Shown: positions 1-12,960 of the stretch, one piece after another
Layout: each line of letters begins with the position of its first letter
Numbering within the stretch: position 1 is the stretch's first letter
DNA from: Negaprion brevirostris
Taxonomy: Eukaryota
Assembly (NCBI GenBank): GCA_030324005.1
Contig: JARDVH010000025.1
Location: 74,293,676 to 74,357,675 of the forward strand
DNA length: 64,000 bases
Direction: 5' to 3'
Made by a program: the position numbers and the translations under genes
Notes under the pieces: model-generated
Databases searched by the model: none
The model's input: only the letters and a program-made list of their open reading frames with translations
Told to the model about the DNA's origin: nothing

Positions 1-539
1 CGCCCCCAAAGGGCCATCTTTTATTGAAAAAAAATCTGAATGGCGTATGGGACTTTCATAGGCTGAGATGTGTTTTTTTTCAGTGTATTATTTTACATTC
101 GATATGTCAACCTGCGATATGTCAAACACTTTTATAAAAAAAATCTGCTCTTCGTTTGAATCGCACAGATCAACACACAAAAAGGCACATGGTTTGAGAA
201 AACATTTTAATCCAGTAATGTAATACGTAACATACAATATGATAGGGACATCGGATATTTCAAGGGGATCTGGAAATATTGCTCGACTTTGTTATATATC
301 CAATTGTTTCCACATGTGTGAAGATTAGTTTCCATCAAAGATAGAGCGAAAGGGAATTCAAACAAAAAAAAATTGGTCGGGAGATTCTTTCTTGCCTGTT
401 GAGATACACAGAAAGCAGGGATTCGGGGCTCCTTCAGAGGTGTTGCTGACATGCTTGACGAAGATGAGGCGAAAATGGAAAATGCTGACCGAGCAGAATG
501 TGAGAATGAAACGTTGCCAGCAAAATACAAAAAAAGATG

Positions 540-734
540 CATTTTAATTTGAAAGGGGAGGGGGTGGGGGGTGCGGGAAGGGTCGCTTTCTCCTCTGGCC
601 AAAGCGAGTAAAGCAACAAAATGCGCATTTTGGCACCATGTCAAAACCGCCATGTTATAACAGAGAAAGAGGAGAGGGGGAACACTCAGTGTAAATTGTG
701 GTCTGTTACGGTTTTTTGTGTGAAGGGGAGGCAG
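540..734 (+). promoter_or_regulatory. Promoter-like motif cluster and possible non-coding upstream exon of DNMT3A
   Basis: G-run tract at 555-582 (Sp/KLF-like, G4-capable); perfect 16-bp palindrome CAAAATGCGCATTTTG at 617-632 with an NRF1-like TGCGCA core; YY1 consensus CCGCCATGTT at 647-656; donor-like CAG|GTATGA at 734/735, which would give a 246-nt intron to the acceptor at 980. Function is inferred. Confidence 0.45.
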
Positions 735-980
735 GTATGACAATAATGTTCGAGCAGTTGTCCAAGTGAGGGGGAGCTGGCGATCAGTGATGATCAGCAG
801 CCCAGATGTAAACGATGCTGTATGTGAAAATGGTTGTCAACAACTGTCCAGCACCACTGCCTGCAACGCTTATCATTTTCGCTAAGGTGGCAAGAGCCAC
901 GGGCTGCTAAATCATTGAAGATATTGAGAAATCCACTTCAATTTGATTGTTTGAAAATCATCTTTTTTTTTCATTTGCAG

Positions 981-1058
981 ACAAGGAAAAGCTGAAGGAC
1001 AGAAGGCACTACTCCGCTTTATTTTATATAAAATCTTAAATCTATTCAATCTGATCCC
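981..1058 (+). other. DNMT3A: 5' UTR portion of the first coding exon of DNMT3A
   Basis: Strong acceptor tcttttttttttcatttgcag ending at 980; no ATG in 981-1058; in-frame TAA at 1029-1031 upstream of ATG 1059. Confidence 0.65.
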
Positions 1059-1118
1059 ATGATGCCGTCCAATACCAACACAAACTCTGCCCTGGAAGAA
1101 GGAGTTGAGACACAGATG
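1059..1118 (+). CDS. DNMT3A: DNA (cytosine-5)-methyltransferase 3A, first coding exon (MMPSNTNTNSALEEGVETQM)
   Basis: 60 nt from ATG to the donor ATG|gtaagg at 1119, phase 0; joins in frame to exon 60416-60493; MMPS start resembles the DNMT3A1 start (human MPAMPSS, also a short phase-0 first coding exon, recalled). Confidence 0.7.
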
Positions 1119-1199
1119 GTAAGGAATGACCCCTTCAGATTTTCGCACTTTTATTCTTTGCATTTCTTTGTTTTGCTCCGTAACAAGGTTTGTTTCGGG

Positions 1200-2000
1200 T
1201 GGGCAGGAGCGGGACTCGATCTCGCCAGTTCCCGGCCACATTCTCTGTGTGTCAGTGATTCCCCCTTCTTGTGCTGCTGCAGCTGCTGCCCGGGCTCGGG
1301 CTCTGCCCGGGTTCTTTCCGGGCTCGGGCTCTGCCTGAGTTCTATCCGGGCTCGGGCTCTGCCCGGGTTCTATCCGGGCTCGGGTTCTGTCCCGGCCCGG
1401 GTTCTATCCGGGCTCCATCCGGGCCCGGGTTGTCAGCTTATGTCTCTGGGATCTTGCTGCTCGCGGCCCCTTTGCTTTTGCAGCTGAGCTGATTTGCGGT
1501 GCATTGTGGGATTGTCGCATAGCGCAAGCAAAAGTCAGCAAACTTTCAACCCTCTGCACACACAGGGGACAGCTCCGCAAATCCTCCCGCAAACCCCGCC
1601 CCACATACTGCACAGCGCCCGCAATCCCCGTCCCGCCAGTAATCCGCCAGCCCCGCCCAGCTCCCGCAAACCCCGCCTCCGCAATAACCGCCCAACCCCC
1701 CAGTCCGCAAATCCCCGAATAGCTCCGCCCCGGCCAGTCCGCAAACAGCCAACCGCAATCCCAGTCCCGTACAGTCTGCAAACGTAATCCGCACAATCCC
1801 CGTCCAGCCCCGCACAGCGCCAACATTCCCACCCACGCAATTGCTGCCCGCACAATCCCCGCATCCTCGCCGTCAAAATCCCGCCCGCGCTGCCGCTCAT
1901 TTCCCGCCTGTGGCCTCTTCTTTCTTTTCCAAAATTAGATTTTTCGCCATTTCGCAACCCCATGTCCCTCTCTGCTGACAAACACCGCCCGCGCTGCATC
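1200..2000. promoter_or_regulatory. CpG island just downstream of the first coding exon, including a degenerate CCGCA-rich repeat (about 1570-1890)
   Basis: Very high C+G and CpG density against the AT-rich background; CCCGCA/TCCGCA motifs recur many times. Confidence 0.75.
1290..1431. repeat. GC-rich minisatellite, 28-bp unit CCGGGCTCGGGCTCTGCCCGGGTTCTAT, about 4.5 copies
   Basis: Units start at 1290, 1318, 1346 and 1374 (expanded unit), followed by a degenerate partial unit. Confidence 0.9.
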
Positions 2001-3719
2001 AAGGTCAAGTGGTTTATGTTCCGAGTAAATATGGCCAGGTTGCACCCAGTTCACAAACTTTCATCTCACCCGTTTGAAGACGGAGTGTGTGTCAATTTGC
2101 AATGTGAAGTACATTTGGCTTCCACTCAATGGGAGGTCACTTTAAGAGAATGCCGCCTCCGTCAGCTGGCCGCTTGTTGGGGGACAGAAATAAACCGGAA
2201 TTCAATTGTCAGAAACCTCTGTCGCCTAAGCCCATTTAAAAGCAGGTTAAAGAGTGGACTACAAATGGTGCAAGATACATTTGCTGCATCTTGCTGTTCA
2301 TCTCAACAGACGTTTGGCAGAGAGCTAACTACCAATCCTGAAAGTAATTACTCTTTGGAGGTTTTAAAACACTTCTCAAGAAAATGTGCTTGGGAAGTAT
2401 TAAACCCAAGATTTTGTAATTCAGTGGGTCCTTTGAGAGTTGTTTACAATTGAAGTGGCGGTGTTCTGATTATCGAAGTGTTAACAATATTAATCCAGAT
2501 CACTATTCAAAATAAACTAATCTGGAATTCTGCACTCAAAAAGAAAAAATGGTTTGTCAGTATTAAAGTCCCAAGGTAAAGTCAAATCGTATTTTCTTAA
2601 AAAATACAAACATTCAGACTTGAACACTGGAATAAAACCATTTTTAAAGCCTTTAATCTCTCTGCCCCCCCCCCCACCACCAAAAATCTTAAATTGAACC
2701 ACTTCCTTCAACACAAACCTAGATTCATCTACATGTTGAATATTCTTGCATTACAGTTAGTCAGTAACAAAGCTTTGCATGTGGCAAGGTGAGCACATCT
2801 AACTTTTGTGAAGTGTTTAACACTGAGAACTGGAGGTAGTGTTACAAATATCTGAATAACTAACTGACAATATCAGGCCTACACTTCCTGCAGACCTTTC
2901 AAATCATTAAACAATAACTTTTAACTAGTAATGAAAAAATACAACTTTGCCATTTTCCATCTCTGTCAAACATCTTGGCACCAGTAGTCATTCCTTCAGA
3001 AGGTGTCACTCTCAGACCAGCTACTGGAAGGTATTAAGATTACCTTGGCTCACCTCACCATTTGGTTTTGTTTCCCTTGTACTTAAGAGCCTTTACACAG
3101 CCCTCGGTATCTTTTGTTGGTCTGTACACAATTGGATGCTCGCTGTTTGACCGGGTGCCAGACTAAGTATTTCCACTTTGTCATATCATCTACGTGCAAC
3201 CACAGCTTGTTCCATCAGAGTTTTAATCACATTCAGTCTTAAAATAAGCCTTTTGTGGAATATTACATTTACAAGTTCCATAATATCCTGTATTTCTGCA
3301 TGCAATTATATCACTTCATGCTATCAATCAAAAAGCAGATCTGAGAAATAGACCCTTTTCAAGTACGCAACATTTTTGTTCTGTGGTTATTTGACTTTCC
3401 ATTATAAATCAATTATAAGTACAAATGAATTAGTTGAAAAACATAATCATGACTAATAAGACTAAAAAATAAGATGACTAATATCTGACTCTTTTCAAGA
3501 GATCAATTTATAGAAACTGTACAAAATATTACTGAATGTTTTACATTATTTATAGGTAAACGCTAGGAAAATGTGAACACAGTTTACTTGGATGCTGTGC
3601 AAATTGGTTATTTTTGCTGCCTCTATGAAATTTGCCTAATGGCTAGGTTTAAAACTGAACAAGTGGAAGAATTCCAATCCATATTGAGGCATTGCTCCAC
3701 TCGCTGTATTTACAAGCTG

Positions 3720-3880
3720 TCTATATTCCCTGCATGTTTCTCTTTTCAAATCTTCCATTCAGACTCTCTGTTTTCTTTCTGTCTGTCCATTTACAATTTC
3801 CATTCTGAATACTTCATCTCACAGGTTCTCCTTTCTCTTTATCTTTCTCTGTCTCTCTGACTCCTTGAAATCCCGCTGTC
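3720..3880. repeat. CT-rich low-complexity tract
   Basis: Runs of tctct and ttctc. Confidence 0.45.
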
Positions 3881-6759
3881 TGCATTTTGTGGGACGATAA
3901 TTCTTTTTGTAAATATATGCCTTCAATCATGCCCCTTCGTAACTGTCATCCTGGTTTCCATAAAGAAATCATTTATCTTATACACAATGCTTATCAACAC
4001 AAATGCGTGTGTATTAGCTCAATTGCTGCAGCTATTGTGACACTACAATCACAGCTGTTGCTGTTCCCACCTTTATCACAGTTCCATGTTATACAGAATT
4101 AAAATGTTTCGCTTTATTTCAAATGTGTTAGAAATGACTGATAACTGTCAAAATAAGCAGTTTTATTTTGTGCCACCTACACTGGATCAGCTCTTCAGGG
4201 AAATGATTTAATATGCAAGTTATTCAACATTCATGCAGGCATAGTGATACAAAGACCAGACAGCCACAGTGACACAATGACTCGGGTAGCTAACTAGTGA
4301 TTCCTTGTATTATCAAGAAACAAAATAAATATATTGGTTCTAATTTCACATTCTTTTAGAATTGTCTATCAAATATTACACTACATCAAAAAAATACTGA
4401 AAACAGCACAAGTCACCACACTTGATGAAATGGCCATTGTATTACTCACCATGGCCATTTGACCATGAATCTGCATAAATCAAAAGTCAAATTCTGTAGT
4501 CATTGTCAACAATTCTTGTCACTCATATTGGCATTTTAGCTTTTGTTAATGCAGTACACTACTTGCACATCAATTGAGTTTGAGTTATATAGATAGTTCG
4601 GAGTCAATCAGTTTATTAAAACTAAACATCATAGATCCATTTCTGTTTTATATTAGAAAATGTATTTGAATTCTTGCCAGCTATAAAGTGGATATAAAGT
4701 CAAATAGATTCATCAAAAAATTTACATATATTCCCAAGGGATTTATATTGCCCTTAGTACACTAATGTAGCAATTGTTGCTAGCCAGTAACATGGATGCT
4801 TAGCAAAAGTCACAGCAATTATATGCTTGTTTGGTCTCTCATATTGTGTAATCCCCAGCAATTGATTCCTCTAGGTCATCATATTACATTTTACCAAATT
4901 TAATATACTTTTGGTACTTTTGGATGCCAGTGTAGAAATTTTATTTGGTTAAAAGAGAAAACATTTGCCTTTGCTTGAGATTTTCTCACCAAAATATCAT
5001 AATTGTGATGTACATGTGGTACAAAGGCATTTTTAGAGTAAAATACCTTTATCTGGAGCAATAATTAGAGTTTCAGATGGAATTTGTAACAAAAACCCAC
5101 ATTGCTTGGTTCACACACTTTGGGTTCATGTTTGGGTGAAGTTTCAGAATGGCAGTTTCTATGAGGCTTCATGCAAAATTACCAACTTGTTCACTTAAGG
5201 CTTGGTAATTTGTACAACAACCCTAACTTCAAATATTCTCAATTGTGATTTGTAACATTGTATTGAAACCATACTTGTACAGAGTGAAGCCCAATACAAA
5301 TAATTAAAGTTGTAGCAGGAGATATGAAATAAAAGAAATCTTGATAAATGTAATTTCTTTAAAGCTGAACCAATTGTATCACGTAAAGAGTAAATAAGTT
5401 TCAGTATTATATTTTACTTGGACTTTTTAATTTCCCAGACAGTATTACAAATTACATAACTATCACATTCCTTTGGCAGGTATGTCAGCTTTGGAGAAAT
5501 ATATATTTCATGGAGTTCACTACTCCAGTGGTGCCAATTAGCAGTTTATCTCACCCAGCAGGTTGACCATATCTCCATAACAACCAGCATGTTAGCGTCA
5601 AATGCAGCTGGCTGACTACTAAATTTAGTATTAGGCTTGACCTCGGACGTACCCGGATCACTGTGGCTTGTATTGCTTTAATTTTATTTTTAAGGCAGAA
5701 TCTGTAAGTTGAAGGAAGTATATTTTACTAACCAGAGTGGTATTTATCTAAAACGTAATATAAATTACCCAGTATTAAAATATAATCAAGAATCCAAACA
5801 TCCTTGAAGGAAAAGTGTGCAAAGTTTCTCATTGTCATAAGTGGTTAGTCATTTGTTCTTTAACTAATAAATTCCTATTCCATGATTAAAGAACATTATT
5901 GGATGAAAATAGCATGAAAGATATCTCTGATAAGTCAACAGCATTCAGTATTAATATTGGTGCATAAAATGGGAGAGCAGGGAGTTCTGGTGTCTTGCCC
6001 AATTTTATTGCCCGAGTTTCACAATCAAACAGGAAAAATAAACAAAAATGCAGAAGTGGGACTTAGAGGTGGGACTGGAAGCAAAGTTGTAAAATGGCAC
6101 ATACTGTATAGTTGACCAATGTCTGAACAATCTTTCTGGAGACGGGAGTGAACAAATTGGTTGCTACCCATCCAGCAGCAACAGGTAGCCAATTAGGCCC
6201 ACTAATGAGCTAACTCAGGGGAAAAGTGATGATGATGCCATGATCTACCCAATGGTGAATAGATTCCTGTTGCTCTCCAGCTTTTAATGGAGAGCAATTT
6301 TCTGAAATACGTACAGAGGCCATTAATCCCTCATCTTTCTTACTACAACACAGACCCACTTACTGTGATGGGCAAGAGTCACAAACCATCCTGTAGATAT
6401 TTCCCCTCCACAATGATGGCCTGACAACTATAACTTTCCATGTGTTTGATTTTTCTCTCTCTCAGTGCTATTGAAGGCATATCCATTTTGAGGCGCCATC
6501 AGTCTCATGCCTGCCTCAGGGGTACCTATCTCTCCCAGTGGTGCTGCCAGCTGGATAATCACTGCATGCCCTCCTACTTGGACTCCAACTTTTGTGATCC
6601 ACCCACCATCTTTATATGAACAGACCTCCTGAAAGTGGCTTCTTAAATGGCCATCCCCTGGAAGATCATGACCAAAGCCACTTCTGGGTTCCTATTCAAA
6701 TTTGAGGGCTACATCAGGATTGTGATCCAACTGGGAAAGTTCAACCCACAATCTGATCA

Positions 6760-6905
6760 TGATATAATTGCTTTTGGGGGACCTTGTTATCTGTTTCATG
6801 GTTGTTGTATTTTCCAACATTTCTAAGAGTGGCTACAATTCACAAGTTCTTTGTTGGCTGGAAAATACTTTGGGGTGCCAGGAGGTGTTTTATAAGTGCA
6901 AATTG
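6760..6905 (+). mobile_element. DeuSINE-like (SacSINE1/AmnSINE-type) 3' fragment
   Basis: Degenerate match to the recalled DeuSINE 3' region (ggctacaattcacaagttctttgttggctggaaaatactttggg...ataagtgcaa); related copies at about 12420, 18355, 18640 and 39400. Confidence 0.45.
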
Positions 6906-7371
6906 TTTTGTTTATCAAATTGTGGCTGAAATGTTCTTTTTAACCATTATTTGCCTTGTGTAAAACATATCTATGTAAAATCAATGTTTGCAGCAGAGGC
7001 TATTGTTTTACCATTGTCCCTGAAAAGGTTGATTTTAGTTGAAGTAATATTCATCTTGTTAGGCATCTGAATTCCCCTCAAAGATCAGATAATATACCAC
7101 TTGGTCTCACTTGATACTCTTCATGGACCCTGTTCTCTCTACAAGCAAATTCCACCTCTTCTCCCCCCACCCCCTTCCCACCTTCCCAAGCTGTTTGGAT
7201 GTTGGGAAGTGGGAAAGAGAGAACAGGGCACCATAAAGAGGACCAAGCAATGTGATTCTTGAAGGCTTTTCAGATTTTATGTGCTCTCTTTAATAGTTTA
7301 TGTTTGCATCAAATTAAATTTTGGCAATTGTTAGATATTTAGCAGCAAATTAGTTAGCCAGTGATCTTTTG

Positions 7372-7700
7372 CATAGAACATAGAACAGTAAAGCACAGTA
7401 CAGGCCCTTCGGCCCTCAGTGTTGTGCCGAGCTATGTCCAATCCCAAGATCAAGCTGTCCCCTCCATGTGCCTATCCAATAACCGCTTGAAAGTTCCTAA
7501 AGTGTCTGACTCCACTATCACAACAGGCAGTCTATTCCACACCCCAACCATTCTCTGAGTGAACAATCTACTTCGGACATTCCTTCAATATCTCCCACCA
7601 TGAACCTTATAGTTATGCCCCCTAGTAACAGCTGCATCCACCTGAGGAAATAGTCTTTGCACGTCCACTCTATCAATCCCTCTCATCATGTTATAAACCT
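7372..7700 (-). mobile_element. CR1-clade LINE 3' end
   Basis: (catagaa)n tail; minus strand encodes the CR1 ORF2 C-terminus (EVYNMMRGIDRVDVQRLFP...TRGHNYKVHG). Confidence 0.85.
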
Positions 7701-8749
7701 CGGAGGTGCTTGGTGAATTAATGAATGAATGACATTTAAAATTGGTCACACTGCTGTAATCTGAGCAAGACATTCAGTAACATTTTACAGTGAAACTTCA
7801 ATTTCTGCACAAGATGATTAAGCAAAATTGAGGTTTTTCTATTTTCCCCCCAGTCACAATGTATTTGCTAAATATCATGAAATGATGGCATTCACAGTCC
7901 TCATAACACAATCAGTGAGCCTAAAATATGCCATAGAGCATTTCTTGCTTTCCTTCTGAGCGTGCAACTTGTGGTGGTTTGTAGCAGAGCCCAAAGTTGC
8001 ACAGTAGCCCAAGGATTATAATGTGAGCAGGTTGGAGCACTGCATAATTAGCTTGTAAGCATGCTCCACTGAGCTGCAATCTGCCACAGTTGGTGTCTTT
8101 TAGCTAAGTGAACGAGGTCCCATGATGTCGAGCGTAGATTCAAAAGGGAAAACTTTGTAATAAGAGTAATGTCCTTTATCATGCTAGAGTTTTGTTTTAG
8201 CACTTTAAGGGCAAATTATGGTTCCTAATTAAATTTTTGTGGCCTTAATTAAAGAATCTGCTTGGGTTTTATGATGGTTCCGTTACACTTTCCACTCTGC
8301 TGTGATTTAATTATTCTGATGAATGCAATTAGTATGCTACGGCAATTGTTCATTTCATTTGCATATTATATTGGATAATTGGATGAAGCTGGAATGATTA
8401 AATTACGAGAATGACAGATGAATCCGCTTTTGTTGAGGACAAGAATTAAGTTTGTAAGAATGACCACAGTGGGAATTGGTGACCTTAGCATATTCATTTA
8501 AAAAAATGCATCTTGTTAATTTGTAGAAGTGTTGCAAGGTGCTGACTTACATTGCCCTTGATCTCAGCTGGCAACCAAAAGCAGCAATTTTTTTCACGTT
8601 CCTCCTGTACCCAGTTGTTAAAGAATTATGTGGCAACTTCATTTTTCAAACTTTCTTAACTAATGATAACGCACAGACGTTACAGAGCTAAGCAGCGATA
8701 AACCAACAGTGCAAAAAGATAATGCCCTTTGTTGTTTATCAAAGTACTC

Positions 8750-9050
8750 CTCAGTCAGGGGCTGAATCACAGCTCAGATCCTCACTTAGGTTAGTTGATT
8801 CCAACAAGGGTAACATTGGGATGATACACTTAGCAATGCCCTTCAGCTGGTGAGGCGCAACATTGATCAGTGCTCTCACTGCTAAGTTGTCTGTGCTTAG
8901 CCCAACTGTAAGCCCTCATGTTTGATTAGCCACCTGATATTCAGTGCATTAGCTTACAGATGTCCAAGATAACAGGCAGCTGCTGGCACCCATGGGACCA
9001 TATCCCAGCAAGTGAAAGCTCAGGAGTAACCAACAAGTGAGAGCAGCTTA
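8750..9050 (+). mobile_element. Ancient, highly diverged SINE-like element
   Basis: Shares degenerate motifs with 25955-26330; family not named with certainty. Confidence 0.3.
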
Positions 9051-9182
9051 ATTAGAGATACAGTTTTTAAATTTTAAATGAANNNNNNNNNNNNNNNNNN
9101 NNNNNNNNNNNNNNNNNNNNNNNNNNNNNNNNNNNNNNNNNNNNNNNNNNNNNNNNNNNNNNNNNNNNNNNNNNNNNNNNNN

Positions 9183-9390
9183 GCCCTCCACCTCATCCAC
9201 TACTCCACCAATCTTGGTGTCATCAGCAAATTTACTAACCCACCCTTCAGCCCCTTCTTACAAGTCATTGATAAAAATCACAAAAAGCAGAGGACCCAGC
9301 ATTGACCCCTGTGGTACACCGCAGGTAACTAGCCTCCAGTCTGAAAATTTTCCCTCTACCACCACCCTCTGTCTTCTATGTTACAGCCAG
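9183..9390 (-). mobile_element. CR1 LINE reverse-transcriptase core fragment (defective)
   Basis: Minus-strand translation [57 protein letters not shown] has the RT motifs GVPQGS and FADD, with in-frame stops; abuts an N gap. Confidence 0.92.
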
Positions 9391-9599
9391 CAATTTATAG
9401 GACTTACAATTTTTCTTATGTGTTACTTGTTTGGGTGCTTGTAACTACTTCATTACTATTGCGCCTCCTTAAGTTTCTCCAACAGATAAATAGAAACTTG
9501 TTTGACAATCTGGTATAATTGCAGATATAAGACATTATACCGAGTTAGCATTCAGTGGTGACCAATGATCCTACAATTAATAAGGCAATATTGTTGTTT

Positions 9600-10030
9600 G
9601 TTTTTACCTTCGCTTTATTTGGCCCATTGGCATCATCTTGTTTCTTCACTGGCTTTCTTCAAACCTCCTTCAGTCCAATACTCATCCACCCATCTTCTTC
9701 CATTTCTGTTTTACCCTCCATTTCTCCTTCAATAATTGTCAGGATAGGGCTGTTGAGTTTTTCTTTCCAGTTAGCTGTAGTTGGCAACCCTTTTGATTCC
9801 TGAACTTCTACTTTTGATCTAACCCACTTGTTTTTCTTTGTTCATCCACTTCAGTTAGAATATCACAATTCATGTAAAACAGTTGTAATCCATGCTGCCG
9901 TTGAAGGCTGCCATTGACTTTATTAGTCTCTTTCAATTTCTGTTCATTACTATATTCCTCAGTTAAACTTCCTATTGTAGAAACTTTTGACATTGAGCAG
10001 AGGAAGAAATACATACCATTGTTCAAGTTT
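9600..10030 (-). mobile_element. Degenerate RTE-clade LINE 3' coding remnant
   Basis: Minus strand reads ILTIIEGEMEGK...W, resembling the RTE C-terminal ILEGKVEGKR motif; frame is broken. Confidence 0.45.
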
Positions 10031-10589
10031 CACTGCTGCATTTTTTAACTTCATTCAAACTCATTGATGTATTATACCCCTGTTGCAGGCTTGCAGCTAT
10101 CGTTGTATAATGTAGAAATCTATAAATTGTGAAAAGACAAAATCTTACCTTGAAATTCTGTATCTACTGGTCCTCAGTGACTAACGATAGAATTACCTTA
10201 GGCCATGCGTAGTTTTCATCTCAGCAATCTCAATGGAAAAAAATAATCCCTTCAAGAGCTTGTCACAATATTTCTGATTTAATTTGAATCCTTGAATTTT
10301 TTTCCTCAAATTACAAAAAAACTGAACAAAGAAAATGATTGATTTTCAACTGTCACTTTAACCCCATCTTGTTCCTACACTGATAGGTTTACTGGCGAAG
10401 CCAGCATCAAATGGAGCATTTTTCTTTTATTCTTCCAAATCTTGAGTTTTGAAATTAAAGTCTTGTAGTTACATGCATACTGTTCATCACAACTTGGGCA
10501 TCATATTTTTATGTGCACATTACGCACCTAATAGGCTCAAATTTCATATTCAAAAAGTAACTAATTAAATAGGTAATGTTCTGATCATA

Positions 10590-10868
10590 TCATAGAATCC
10601 CTACAGTGCAGAAGAGGGCCATATGGCCCATTGAGCCGACACTAACAATCCCACCCAATAACTCCACGTGTTTACTCTGCTAATTCCCCTGACACTAAAG
10701 GGCAATTTAGCATGGCCAATCAACCTAACCAGCTCACCTTTGGACTGTGGGAGGAAACCCATGCAGACTTAGAGAGAACATGCGAACACCACACAGTCAC
10801 CCAAGGCCAGAATTGAACCCAGGTCCCTGACACCAAGAGGCAGCAGTGCTAACCACTGTGCCACCATG
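10590..10868 (-). mobile_element. tRNA-derived V-SINE (HE1-like) with CR1/HER1-type tail
   Basis: Minus strand: A box tggcacagtggttagc, B box ggttcaattc, central gggtttcctcccacagtccaaag, tail ctgcactgtagggattctatg. Confidence 0.85.
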
Positions 10869-12419
10869 TAGCTATAGTAGTTACACTTACAAAGGATATA
10901 TGAATGCAACTAATTCTGCAGCAAAAAAAATTATATCTATACACTATACAAAGGGAACCAATAAAGTTCTTTAAAATACTCTTCACAAAGCATTTTTGAC
11001 CACCATATTTGTTTCTCCTCCAAAAGTAGGACTTATTATCGGAAAAAAATTTGTTATGAAACAGTGAATTAATTTACAAGAAAATGATCAGTCGAATAAA
11101 GTAATAGAATTCCGTGTGTTTACAATGCAATGCCTCCAATATTTTCCATTGGAGGCCTGTTCCTGGCTGAAGCCTGAGTCTTTTGTTCATAGATGCTCTC
11201 AGGCCCATTATTCAAAGCTGAATAGACTCAGTGATGTAGCAGCTTACAGCTCCTAGCATGCTTTGAGCCTGCAGATTTTTTATGGTTGACGGCGTGGCTT
11301 GCCATTTGCTGAGCACGGCACATCATATTGTTAATAAGCTTTAAGCACTATTCCAGTCCAGTGTATCAAAAATTAATGCAGATTAAAGTTCCAAAGGAAA
11401 TTATATTTTTATAACTAGAAGTTGTACTTTTTGACTGAAAACTTCAAAACAAAATATAAAATTGACTTCAAAACTTTCTTCTGAGGTAACTTTTAGAAAC
11501 AGTGTGTACTGTACACTAGCTGATCTGCAACTATGATTCACAAGTACAGCAGAGAGTCAAACTACTGAGGAGAAAACCAACAAATGGATAGGATTAGGCA
11601 GAAGAACTTAGTCTTTGTATTCTGTAGTGCATTCTAAATCCCTACCAGCTGCATTTCTTGCATTTATGTTTATCTTAGAATTTAAAAAAAGCCAAAAAAA
11701 ACTAATTGATATGAACAATATCTGTGAAACAAAAAGTGGATGGCTGATTTCCCTATTTCTGCTAGCATGGTGAGGATCTGCTCGACAGTCAGCAATAGTT
11801 TTATACAATTGTGAGCTACTCCAGGTGTTGGATGTGGCCTACTCTGTGGAATTGGATTTAAGGAGTGCCTAGCGGGGTGTATTTCTCATGTTTTTAGTTA
11901 TCCACAAAAAGATGGACTGAAGTTGACCAAAAGGTGATCATGCAATTCCCAGACTCAATATTTAACTACTTCATCCTCTACCAGTCAAAAAAGTATCTAA
12001 AGTACAGCTGAGATCTCAAAATGTTAGTCTTGTTACACAAGTGGTAATGGAATAGCACGAAAAGCAACTTAATTTTAGGTTCACTGTATAGCATACTCCG
12101 ACTGCAGTTTTGATTTTGAGTGCTTTGCAGTATGATTAAGCAAAATGTTCAAATTCTTTGTGGTTCTCTCTGTAAGTTCACCATTCAGAGTCCATTCACC
12201 CAGATAACAATTTATATTCCCAAGCTCAGGCACTAGATGACAAAGCACTTCCAACAGCCCATTGTCCCAATAGTTGCAAATGTAATTCCTACTTTGTTCT
12301 CATTTCAGATAGGAATATTATTCTTTCCAGTTCAATTCCAGTCAACAGGTCCTGTCTATTTAGTGAATTCTGAGTTATTCACTGCTTCATCACTGGCCTT
12401 TGTACATATTTACATCTGA

Positions 12420-12525
12420 TGTATATTTCTTACATTAAACAGCAATTACTCTTGAAAAAATACTTCATTCACTCTGAGATGTCCTGAGGCCATGAAAAGC
12501 ACTACATAACTGCAAGTTATTTCTT
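12420..12525 (+). mobile_element. DeuSINE-like 3' fragment
   Basis: tttcttacattaaacagcaattactcttgaaaaaatacttcatt...gtcctgaggccatgaaaagcactacataactgcaag. Confidence 0.5.
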
Positions 12526-12609
12526 TGTTATCTAAGCGGGTCTCATGTTTAATGAAATCCCATTGGCAAACATTCTATGAATCCTAAAGTGTTTTTACGT
12601 GTTTTTTTC

Positions 12610-12960
12610 TTTTGTGGGATTACAAGCAAAGCCAGTATTTGTTGCCAAACCCTAAATGCCCCTGAGCTGAACTGACTGGCTTGCTATAAGTGTTATTAAA
12701 AATCAAGCACGTTGAGTCACATAAAGGCCAGTCCAGGTAAAGATGGCAGATTTCCTTGCCTAAAGGGTATTAGTGAATCAGATAGATTTTTACAACAATC
12801 AATTATTATTTCATAATCACCATTACCGAGCATAAGTTTCAATTCCAGAAGTTTACAGATTGAATTTAAATTCCACTAACTGCTATGGTGGGATTTGAAC
12901 TCATGGCCTCAGAATATTAGTCTGAGCCTTTGGATTACTAGTCCAATGATATTACCATCT
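12610..12960 (-). mobile_element. tRNA-derived SINE, same family as 49531-51115
   Basis: Reverse complement shows gagttcaaatcccaccatagcag...ggaatttaaattcaat...ttcactaataccctttagg...aaatctgccatc, matching the + copy at 50395-50595. Confidence 0.8.

Noticed and set aside
207-743. 178-aa minus-strand ORF
   Set aside because: No recognisable domain and low-complexity composition; it overlaps the promoter-like region and is probably a chance ORF.
1290-1431. Regular 28-bp repeats resembling a CRISPR array
   Set aside because: No unique spacers, no cas genes, vertebrate context; it is a minisatellite.
1059-2008. Many overlapping 70-157 aa ORFs on both strands
   Set aside because: They arise from the stop-poor GC-rich minisatellite and CCGCA repeat; only 1059-1118 is bounded by splice signals.
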